A DNA stretch of 62,777 nt. It comes from Girardia tigrina (taxonomy: Eukaryota). Made by a program: the position numbers and the translations under genes. The stretch lies in NCBI GenBank assembly GCA_001938485.1, contig MQRK01230168.1, positions 1-62,777 on the forward strand, written 5' to 3'. The notes beneath the pieces were generated by a model. The model worked only from the letters and a program-made list of their open reading frames with translations. It made no database searches and was not told the origin of the DNA. Positions 13,327-24,140 of the stretch are shown one piece after another (within the stretch, counting starts at the first letter, position 1; every line of letters starts with the position of its first letter).

Positions 13327-13749
13327 ATGATGGAGAATGTTTTAAAAATAAAATTTCATTTTCAACTGTCGTGTTCTGGGTTTTTCGAATTTTTCTCATC
13401 AAATCAGAAATTAATGAGTGAAAATATGGAAGACAGAAAATGGAGAGAATTGTACAAATTGATCAAACTATCAATTGATTTCGTGTACGAAAGTCGTTTG
13501 ATCGACGGCCAATTCGACAGCCGTATCATGCGATACATCGCAGATGTCGTGCACGTATTGTCGACGATTGTCGATGAAAAAAGCGACTTGTCGAGTCGTT
13601 TCAATTTGTCCGGAGTTATCTCAAATATGTTGGACAGTAACGAAAGAGAACGAGAAACAGTCCTCTTGAGGACTAAAATTATTGATTGGATACGCAACGC
13701 GGAACCAAATATTTTTTGTATATTTATTCAAATATTGATTAATGAATGA
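13327..13749 (+). CDS. Intronless 140-aa ORF, possible death-fold protein, antisense within an intron of the FAM227-like gene
   Basis: ATG-to-stop ORF in very AT-rich DNA; helical, protein-like composition; C-terminal pattern LSSRFNLS...KIIDWIRN...FIQIL. Confidence 0.5.
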   Translation: MMENVLKIKFHFQLSCSGFFEFFSSNQKLMSENMEDRKWRELYKLIKLSIDFVYESRLIDGQFDSRIMRYIADVVHVLSTIVDEKSDLSSRFNLSGVISNMLDSNERERETVLLRTKIIDWIRNAEPNIFCIFIQILINE

Positions 13750-14348
13750 GATTAAAAAGTTGATAATTTTTAAGTTCTCAAAATTTTATTGTGTAAAAAT
13801 ATATTAAGTAAATTTTAAAATAAAAATTGGCTTTTTTAATTATTTTAAATTTAATAAATTTATTTATTTACTCAAGATTATTATCAAAATTTCAAATTGC
13901 AAAACTTTTAATTAATTAGTATTTAAAAATTAATCTCATTAGATTTATTATTCAATTACATATGAAAATCATCATGTCTAGCGTCATGTACATTTCTGGT
14001 CTGAAAAAAAATATATTTAACTTATTTTTAAATTCTTCTTTTAAATATTACTACAATTGGAATTGTTGGGGTTCCGAAAAATATAAATTAAAATTTTAAA
14101 ATCTAATAGAAAAATTAAAAATAATTCTCTGGTTAAAATTAATAATTTTTGATTATCATAATAGTTATTTTAATCATATTGGTTGAATATTTATAAATAT
14201 TTTTTTAATTGTTTTAGCAAACTAATTTTCAAGGTTATTTAAAAACTAGTATATAAGCAATAATTATTTCAGTCATTCACACAACAAAATTACGGACAAA
14301 ATTATACTTACGGACCCTATTAAATCTTTAAACTTTATTATGATTTAC

Positions 14349-14396
14349 GCTAATCTTTCTTCATTTAATTTTTGTTTACTTAACAAATTTAGTATC
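14349..14396 (-). CDS. FAM227-like gene exon (ILNLLSKQKLNEERLA)
   Basis: Strong TTTTTCTCCTTTACAG acceptor, GTAAAT donor; 48 nt, phase 2-2. Confidence 0.62.
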
Positions 14397-15428
14397 CTGT
14401 AAAGGAGAAAAATTTAATCATAATTTTCAGAAATTGCTCTTTCTAAATTGATATTGGTTTGTGCTGGTTGAGTGTGCTACAAAATATTGATTTATTGTTA
14501 AAGGTTCGATTTAAGTTTTGTGCTCAAGTTTTCATTTGCAAATAAAGTATATTAAAAGGATTTGTGTTCATTCTTCATATATTATTGTTGGAAGAAACAT
14601 TTTGGTCGTTTTGGAGTCAGACTAGAAATTTAATAATAACAAGGATAAAACCGAGTTTTAATTCAAATACCCAACAGAATTAATTATTTTATTTTTTGTT
14701 TATTTCAAATGAATATTTGTTTTAAAAGCAAATGATATGAAAATTTGATCATTCATTTTGAAAGTAATTTTATCTGTATATTGATCTCGACCTAATCAAA
14801 TGGTGCGAATCCTTTGCTGGAATTCTGTGAGGTTTTTTTGATAAGAAACTTCCTTTAATAAGGTTTTCCTGTCTCTTTCATCCCCACACCCTATTAATTC
14901 TCCTAGTTTTTCATCAAATTAAGAATTCGGTCTTACAATTTCTAAATTTAATAGTTTGTAAAAGCCCTCTTAATTTTAAAAATCTTAATTTTAAAATAAC
15001 TCCTTTTGACCAATTCTAGTATAATGAAATCAATATTTTTTATAATTTTAGTTATTATGTTATAAAAAAATAATTATAAAAATTGTTAGAAACACTTTTT
15101 TATTTGTTCCTAATAAAATTTGATTATATTTACATCAATTATTAATTCTCTCAATTTTAAACTGAAAAATATTAATGTTATTTGCCCATAAAAAAGAAAC
15201 TGAGCTTTTATTAATGATTTTTCCAAACAACTTTTTCCCTATATTTTCATTTCCGGTGTTTCATATATCAATCTTCATATAACACATTTCATTAATTTTT
15301 TGAAATGTATTTTTTTTATTTTTTGATATATTAAAAAAAATGACAAAATCAATAGAAATAAATAAATTATTAATGACAATATATATATATTTAAAAACGA
15401 TTTATATGTATTTAAAAACAAGGTTTAA

Positions 15429-15502
15429 CACTTTGAGTGCGGTGATATTCATGTGTAATACCCATATGACGCAGACGTCTGCGTCATGACGCACTCAAAG
15501 TG
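15429..15502. mobile_element. 74-bp piggyBac-type MITE
   Basis: TTAA on both sides; perfect 13-bp TIR CACTTTGAGTGCG; internal perfect 22-bp palindrome at 15466-15487. Confidence 0.85.
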
Positions 15503-16197
15503 TTAACTTTACAACATTAATTAAAACACCTGTGTCAAATGACTAAATTGACTTCACACCGGAAATCAGAATCTTTTTTAGGAATTGCAAAGACATCTAA
15601 AACTTAAAAATAATGTTATTCGAATTATAGACTTAATTTTTATTTAAATATTAATTCTAATGACAATGTTCTTTTTCTGAGAAGATGATCCTGCAAGATG
15701 ATTCTAGATCTTAAAAATCTATTTAAAATTTTATTCTTCAGTAATATGACAGGGTTTCAGTTCTTCTTCAAAATTACAGCAGAGTTAAGTAGAAGCATCT
15801 TTCAAGTATATTGTACACTTCTAATTACTTTTCACTCGTGAAAGATAAATTTGAGGATTTTTTTATTAAAAATTTTGGAAATTTGAAGAAGGTTTAAGAG
15901 TCCTTTGTAAAACATAAAAAGAATTGTACAAAAATTATTACCAAAGTAACATTTATTTCTTATTTTATTTAAATCCTCCAAGGACTAACATTGGATTTAT
16001 TATTTGCTTTATATTTTAAGCAGTTTGGTCTTGCTGCAACAATATAATGTTTATTCTTATCTTTTCTTTTGATTTTATTATAAATAAACTATTAAATAAA
16101 ATCTAAAATTTGTTAATCTATTATTAATTCTTAAATATTGTTTCAATTAGCCTCGTATAAGCCCATCTTGTATAAGCAATTACAAAGAAAATAATGA

Positions 16198-16229
<32 letters not shown>

Positions 16230-16230
<1 letters not shown>

Positions 16231-17559
16231 AGTGCGTTCCAAAAGTCTGTTCGCACCCATAAAAATCATCACTTATACAAATTTCCTAAGTAAAAAGACA
16301 ATGAAGTGGAAGTAAATAATATATTTACAAATAAAAATGTTATTTTTAATATTTTGTGTGGTATCCTTTCATCTTGATGATTGAAGACACCCTTCGCTGC
16401 ATTGAATCGACAAGTCGACGACATAAAGAAGTTGGTATGTTGTACCATAACTTTTGTATTTCTATCCACATTTTCTCTGAATTCAAAGTATCCATATTAT
16501 TTATTTTTTTTCTTTATAATACCCCACAAATTCTCAATTGGGTTTACATCTGGTGAGTTGGCAGGCCAATNAAGAATATTTATCTTCTTTGTTTTCAAAA
16601 AAAGACACTGTTGATGCTGATCGATGGCAAGGTGCATTGTCTTGCTGAAATATAAAATTTGGAAGACGGAATACCAAGCATTGCCATGTAATGTCTATGT
16701 CATTGACAATTAGGTCTTGATTGTTCTTAGAATTTAAATTTCCGTTTATCCGTTTTAAGATACCAACACCGAATCTGGAGAAACATCCCCATACATGAAC
16801 TTGGGCACCGTGTTGGAGGACCTTCCTAGTACAAATGTGACTAAGCCTTTCATTGTCAAACCTTCTAACGATTTCGCTACGAGTGTGGCTATATGTGCGG
16901 AACATAGATTCATCGCTAAAAACTACATTCGACCACTTATCGATGTCCCAATTTTGTTTATCCCGAGCCCATTCAACTCTTCTTTTTCGTTGCTTTTCAT
17001 TTAATAAAGGCTTACAAACAGCATAATGACTTTTTAAGCCGTACTTTATCAAAATTTTATTCACTGTACTTCGTGATGCATGTATCATTCCAGCTGCATT
17101 GAAAGCTCCTGTTATTTTACTTGTCGACATGCGACTATTTTTCAAGCATATACGGCGAATAATTCTTTCAGAACGTTTTGGTAATTTTGAAGGTCGTCCA
17201 CTACGTTTTTTATCTTCATATGTACCTAATGTCTTGAATTTATGTACAATTTTTTGAATGCCCCGCTTTGAAACAATAATACCATGTCTAACCTTCATTA
17301 TTTCTTGTATCCGACCCGTTGAATGACCCTCGTTCCTTAATTCTACAATAATAATCATAAACCCTATATTTATATTTCGAGTTGTCTTTGAATCTAAAAG
17401 ATAGACATTTAATTAATTCATCTTAAAAAAGATGGTCTTGGTATTTCAATTTTAAATTTACTAAATTATTTAAATTAAAGCATTTAAACAAATTAAAAAA
17501 ATTAATAAATAGCATAAATCAAAACTTCAATGGGTGCGAACAGACTTTTGGAACGCAAT

Positions 17560-17560
<1 letters not shown>
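16230..17560 (-). mobile_element. Near full-length Tc1 (DD34E) transposon inserted in an (AAT)n tract
   Basis: 31-bp TIRs CAGTGCGTTCCAAAAGTCTGTTCGCACCCAT (1 mismatch); TA flanks. Confidence 0.95.
16346..17358 (-). pseudogene. Tc1 transposase with one frameshift near 16590
   Basis: RSGRP, VVFSDES, VWGCF, FQQDNAPCH, then in a shifted frame WPANSPDVNPIENLW...GYHTKY*; D-34-E spacing. Confidence 0.9.
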
Positions 17561-17594
<34 letters not shown>

Positions 17595-18572
17595 TGTTAG
17601 TTACATTATATTTTTTTCAATATTCAAACTAAAATTCAGGATGATCAATTTTTTATATTNNNNNNNNNNNNNNNNNNNNNNNNNNNNNNNNNNNNNNNNN
17701 NNNNNNNNNNNNNNNNNNNNNNNNNNNNNNNNNNNNNNNNNNNNNNNNNNNNNNNNNNNNNNNNNNNNNNNNNNNNNNNNNNNNNNNNNNNNNNNNNNNN
17801 NNNNNNNNNNNNNNNNNNNNNNNNNNNNNNNNNNNNNNNNNNNNNNNNNNNNNNNNNNNNNNNNNNNNNNNNNNNNNNNNNNNNNNNNNNNNNNNNNNNN
17901 NNNNNNNNNNNNNNNNNNNNNNNNNNNNNNNNNNNNNNNNNNNNNNNNNNNNNNNNNNNNNNNNNNNNNNNNNNNNNNNNNNNNNNNNNNNNNNNNNNNN
18001 NNNNNNNNNNNNNNNNNNNNNNNNNNNNNNNNNNNNNNNNNNNNNNNNNNNNNNNNNNNNNNNNNNNNNNNNNNNNNNNNNNNNNNNNNNNNNNNNNNNN
18101 NNNNNNNNNNNNNNNNNNNNNNNNNNNNNNNNNNNNNNNNNNNNNNNNNNNNNNNNNNNNNNNNNNNNNNNNNNNNNNNNNNNNNNNNNNNNNNNNNNNN
18201 NNNNNNNNNNNNNNNNNNNNNNNNNNNNNNNNNNNNNNNNNNNNNNNNNNNNNNNNNNNNNNNNNNNNNNNNNNNNNNNNNNNNNNNNNNNNNNNNNNNN
18301 NNNNNNNNNNNNNNNNNNNNNNNNNNNNNNNNNNNNNNNNNNNNNNNNNNNNNNNNNNNNNNNNNNNNNNNNNNNNNNNNNNNNNNNNNNNNNNNNNNNN
18401 NNNNNNNNNNNNNNNNNNNNNNNNNNNNNNNNNNNNNNNNNNNNNNNNNNNNNNNNNNNNNNNNNNNNNNNNNNNNNNNNNNNNNNNNNNNNNNNNNNNN
18501 NNNNNNNNNNNNNNNNNNNNNNNNNNNNNNNNNNNNNNNNNNNNNNNNNNNNNNNNNNNNNNNNNNNCATAC

Positions 18573-18644
18573 CCATACGTCTGGTTCCTCAACAATTTTG
18601 TATTTTGATCATAACGTGACCAAAAAAACCGAGCAACAAACAAA
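18573..18644 (-). CDS. FAM227-like gene exon (LFVARFFWSRYDQNTKLLRNQTYG)
   Basis: TTTTAG acceptor, GG|GTATG donor; 72 nt, phase 2-2; FFW resembles the FWW(h) signature. Confidence 0.62.
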
Positions 18645-19869
18645 CTAAAATTTTAGACAAATATATGATATATTATTTGGCCAAACGAAATTTTAACAAA
18701 CTCTTTTGATAATAATAAATATATATAAATATATATAATTTGTTAAGATAATTATATCGTATAAAAATATATAAAATTATCAATTTTGAAAAAAATTATT
18801 AAATGACGAAAATCTAATTTTAGAGTTGAAAATATTATTTATTTAATAGTTGTTTTAGAAATTAACCGATGAAAAATTATTTTAAATTAAAAGCAATTTT
18901 TTATTATGGGAATAGGAAATATTTCTCAGTAAAATCCTTTGACAAGCAACCTTGACAGTGGAGGCCGCACTGAGGAGAGGAAAAAAGAAACAAAAAGCGA
19001 TCAGTTAAATAAATATATTTTTGCTTCTTAAATATTTATTTACTGAAAATGACAAAAAATTAATAGACGAAATTTCTCAGAATAAAAAGTGAAAATCTTT
19101 TAAAGACATTGTTAATGAGAAAATAACTTTTCATAAAAAGATTTGACCAAAAATATGAGATTTTTACTTTTCAAAATATTTTAATTTATTTTTCCTTTCA
19201 TATATATAAATGAATAAATGTTTTTTTAATTTTATTTCAAGGCTCTGAGCAAGTACCATCTAGGGGACAATAGTTTAAGTTACCACCTCCAGATGGTTGA
19301 CTCAAAGTAACCAGGTATAAATAAAGTAATTATATAAATAAATAATTCCTAAATATTAAATAATTCATCTTTTGCCACATAAATGATTTTAAATAAAATA
19401 AACAACACAAATTAATTAAAATATTAAGGTATATAAATTTGAAAGTTTGATATTCGCATTGACAATACTCAATCCAAGAACGAAATACCTCAAAAGACAA
19501 TTTCAAAGTGTTTTCTTTTGATCAACATTTCTAGATTAAATTGACCGTTACAAAAAGAGGTCATTGTTCATATAATTCGAAGATATTTGTTCAACAGGAA
19601 TCTGATTTTTGTCTGCTACATCAGAACCATACATTAGTAAGATACTCATGCTAAATCAAAATCAACTCAACCAATTATCCAAAACTAAATCTAGGAGCGT
19701 GGGATTTGTTACTACATCAATCCAACGTTCAATTCCATAGAAACTACTTAAATACCAAAATCTAATTTCTACTATATTATACTTGCTAAAGAATTAAAAA
19801 TCAACCGATAATTCTCGTTCTAACGAACCAAATCGGCCTGTCGAAAATTCCTGTGAATTCTTCCCTAAT

Positions 19870-20580
19870 TACGTGGGAGAAGGCCATTTTGGTACAGCCG
19901 TTTATATTATACTACTATTATTCATACTACTATATTATTCATTTAGTAAATTACATTTCAAAAAATAACTGGTACATCAATAAAATATTTATAATCCCTT
20001 TTTCATGCGGACAGAACTCTACTTGGCCAACAGAATTTTTTGCCGAATTTAGTAACGTTATGAACAATTTTCATTTTAATATGAAAATTTCTCAATTAAA
20101 AGTGAAAGATTATGTATTTAATATGAAAAAGTATGAATAAAATTTGAAAAAATGGTAATTTATTATACAAAATGGTCTGCAAATGTAATCATCAATTGAA
20201 GTGCAACAAATAATATCTTCTACGTTATCCGATTTACCAGATAATACGGAAACACCAATATTTATTGCTGAGAGAGTTATTGAAGAAGCTTATGAATCTT
20301 CTCGAACTCAAATGCCCAAACGTGATGTGTTTTGTAAAATGGTTCAGCGGCATCGAAATGAACTGATAAATGCTCCTCCAGTATTTTATTAAACAGTTTT
20401 AATTTATTAATAAACAGCATCGCAGAATAGTCAAGCACCGATTCGTCCTGCTTTGCTTCTTTTTCCTATGTTTGTTGTGGATTTATTAAACAATACAGTC
20501 TTGTTAGCAATAGTTTTGTTTATTTTCTTTTATAATTTTATGGAAGAAAAAGATTTCGGGACGCAAGTTTTCTGCTCTTG
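19870..20580. mobile_element. Fragments of Mutator-like elements
   Basis: FLYWCH-like and LPK..LC.MVQRHR-like remnants on +; SWIM / GKRSKAGR-like tail on -. Confidence 0.4.
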
Positions 20581-21040
20581 AAATCCCTTTACTATTACAA
20601 TTTTATATTTTGCTGTGTTAAAAACATTAACATTTTAATTGTTTGAATCAAGATATAATTATAAAAAACATATTAAAAGTTAATTAATAAATGAATTCAT
20701 TTTCAAAAGATTGATGCAAAATAATGTGATACAAAATAAAAAAAATGTTAAATTAATTATAATATTAATATAAATTTATGAAAATAATTAAACTAAATAA
20801 AAAAAATAAAATACAAATTTATAAATTAAATAAATAAATGATAAATAAATATAAATTAATTAACAGAAAGTATACAGATACTCGGTTATTTGTGTATCTC
20901 GGTATAATTAAACAGTTGAAGTCTGAATTAAATGAGTTTAGGCAACTCGATTTTATTCATTTTTTTCTAATATCTCATTTTATATCCGATCCTTTTTTAC
21001 ATGTTTATCCTTAAATCATTTGGATTATACAATTTTTTTC

Positions 21041-23419
21041 GGCTTTAGGTCAATTTGTCTAAAACAAATTGGTCTAACAACAAAGCGGTCTAAACAAATA
21101 AATTAAAGTAATAAGAAGTTTGTCTAAAATTTAGGTCTAAAATAAATTTGTCTAAAATCTAAGGCGATTAAAATAAATCCATTTAAAATAAATTTGTCTA
21201 AAATAAATTTTTTAAAACAACATTTACAAACAAAAAAATTCAAAAATGGAATAATGCTTTATAACTACTGAAAAAGGAAAAAAACTGCTGCTTGCTAATC
21301 ATTTGTACTGGTAATCATTTTGTAATGAAACTGAAAATCGCGTTTACTGGAAGTTGGAAAATTTCATTTGAAGTGTTGTTCTCGTGCAATAACGGAAGGT
21401 GATAGGTTAATCAAAGTCTCTGGAGAACATGAAAATGCTATAGATGCTGCACATGTAGAAGCCGACTAAATCATGAATCTCATTAAAGCAGCCTTCATAA
21501 AAACAAAGGAATCTCCGATCTCAATATTATCAACTTCATGTGGTTCGGCTACTGAGGTTGTAAGAGACATATTACCGGATTACTCAAACATCAAAAGTAC
21601 GAGACGGTGAGTTCGATTTCGAGAATAAGCTTGGTTTACTCTTCCAGTAGATAGGAGTGAGATTTTTTTTACCAATAATTATACAAAAACATTAAGAGAT
21701 AATCAGTTCCTAGCTTATGATTCAGGTTCATGTGATGATAGTATTGTAACTTTTACCACCTAAAAAAACTTGCGATTGCTTGCACAGTCAAAGAATTGGT
21801 ATGGCGATGGGACATTTAAGACTGTGTCCCATTTATTTGGGCAATTATACATTTTATACACGCGTAAGAAATTTAAATTCAATTCCATTTCTCCATGTAC
21901 TTCTCGCAGACAAAAAGAAAAACACCTATTGGGTTGGCCAAAAAGTCATTGCGTTTTTTACTAAAATATTTATCATCAAAAAATGACATGGATGCAGAAA
22001 TATCTTTCCACGATATACTGTCCATTATTTTCATTCACTTTCTTCCATCTTTCCGGTAGCTTCATTATTCCTGATTCATAAATACCTTTGCCTTTGTCAG
22101 CAAAAAAGCCGTCTAGGAACGATTTGATGTTTAAAGAAATGTTTTTATGTTTAAAGAATTCTGCAGTGATCTAAATAAGTGAACATCCAATGGGGCCAGG
22201 TCTGGAGAATACGGTGGGTGCGGCAAAACCTCCCAACCCAGTGATAAGAGTTTCTAGCGAGTGGTCAAACTTGCATGCGGTCTTGCGTTATCATGCTGAA
22301 ATACAACTCCTTTTCGATTTGCCAATTTAGGACGTTCCTGTTGAATTGAATGAGCCAATTTCTCCAGCTGACCACAATATTTGTCTGAATTGATAGTTTC
22401 ATTCACCTTCTTTTGGTGAATTTTGTTTTTGGTATCATTTTGGCAGGCTCACCACGTTTTGTCCATGATCGTTGGCGTTCCACATTGTTGTAAACAATCC
22501 ATTTTCCGTCACCCGTAATCAAGCGCTTCAAAAATGGATCACTTTGTTCTCGCTTCAAAAGGGAATCGCAAATGTCTATACGTTTCACCAAATGAATTTC
22601 TTTCAGTTCATGTGGTAACCACATGTCAAGTTTACTGACGAATCCAAGTTTCTTTAAATGACTTCCAACACTTGATTTTGATATTTCCAGAGTCTCTGAA
22701 ACTTCTCTTGTCGTCATATGTGGATTAGATTTGATCAGTTCTGTTATTTTGTCGCCATCAACTTCAACTGGTCGACCGGAGCGTGGTTCATCTTTCAGAT
22801 GAAATTTTTCAGAACGAAATTTAGAAAACCAGTATTGACACTGTCGAAGTTTTAAGAAGTCATTAACATATACAAAACAAATCTTCTTATGAGCTTGCAC
22901 AGCGGTTTTCCCTTTGCGAAAATAATGCAACAAAACATGACGAATATGCTCATTTTGATTTTCCATTTCGAATTGACGGTAAAGTAATAAATTAAAACAA
23001 AATCATTTAATATTTTGTATAAACATAGTCTAAAAATTAAGGTTTCAGAATATATAATTGAATTTAAATTTTATTCACATCGTTTTATATTTTCAAGCTT
23101 TTTATTAGGACGTACTCAAAAACGCAATGACTTTTTGACCAACCCAATACATTCGTTTATTACAGAAACTTAAAACATTTATACCACAAAGAAGTGTAGT
23201 ATCAATTATGACGGATTTTGAACAAGTCAATTAGTTTTAGTTCGACTTATTGTTTTAACAATTGTTGTTTTGTTTTAGACCATTTTGTTTAAAATTAATT
23301 TGTTGTTTGACCAATTTTTATTTAGACAAAATTGTTTTAGATTAATTTGTTTTTAAACCAATTTGTTTTTAGACGAAAAAGTTTTAGATCAATTTTTTTA
23401 GACCAATTGGTTGACTCCC
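21041..23419 (+). mobile_element. Internally deleted MULE (FLYWCH-type) element interrupted by a mariner
   Basis: Inverted arrays of TTGTCTAAAA / TTTTAGACCAA at both ends; TEKGKKLL, WYGDGTFK..LFGQLY, LLADKKKNTY resuming as YIRLL...IMTDFEQ after the mariner. Confidence 0.85.
21929..23147 (-). mobile_element. mariner transposon (mellifera-like), defective transposase
   Basis: TIRs TTGGGTTGG(C/T)CAAAAAGTCATTGCGTTTT; TA TSD; ORF 22403-22966 with WLPHEL and ITGDGKW; HDNARPH and [10 protein letters not shown] downstream. Confidence 0.95.
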
Positions 23420-23729
23420 GTCTTTTCTACTGTAACATAAATAGAAGGCTAATTTATTAAGTGCGGTCATTCTCATCAATATTTACAAAATATTTATTGA
23501 CTAACTTATTGAATAAATGGTTACATAAATCACTAGTTGAGAAATAGACCCAAAAATAATTGATAAATTAACTAATAAGGTAAAAAAGAATTATAAGAAC
23601 TACTGTCTTTAAAATAAAAAGTTTATTAAAGGTTTGAATGAAATGTGCAAATAATATTTTACCCAATATAAACCTTTAATTTTAATATATGCAAACAATT
23701 CATTTACTTTAAAAATAATATTATAAAAA

Positions 23730-24140
23730 AATTAACTTAAAACATTTTTCGTAGTAAATTTAAGATTTAGTTCGGATTTATGCAATGGATATAATGTTCC
23801 ATACATAGGAGTGACGTCCAGTTATATTTTTTTGAGAATCAAGATCATGAATGTAATGTGGTGGAAGTAATTTTGCATAAAATATAAAGATTTGCAATTT
23901 CTATATATTGATAAATATAAATAATGAAGAGGCAATTTTCAGTGAAGTATTGTACATAAGATCTTGAAATTCTAAGACTAATGAACAAAAGGTCTCATGA
24001 AAACCACTTTGAGTATGTTTAGATGACGTACCAATTCATTGATTAAACAATATTCAAATCCATCTTAACTTTTTGTCGTATTGACGAAGACGGTTAAACC
24101 GACAAAATTAAGTGTCAATAAAACGCAAAATTGGAATTTT
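23730..24140 (+). mobile_element. Old Penelope-like element 3' remnant with a decayed hammerhead
   Basis: CNGYNVPYIGVTS (GIY-YIG) at ~23781; EVLYIRS; TTGACGA-A-GACGGTTAAACCGAC-AAAA at 24081-24107 is homologous to the ribozyme at 41306. Confidence 0.75.

Noticed and set aside
17530-18648. Long ORFs in the track (also 26142-27123)
   Set aside because: Artefacts of N runs
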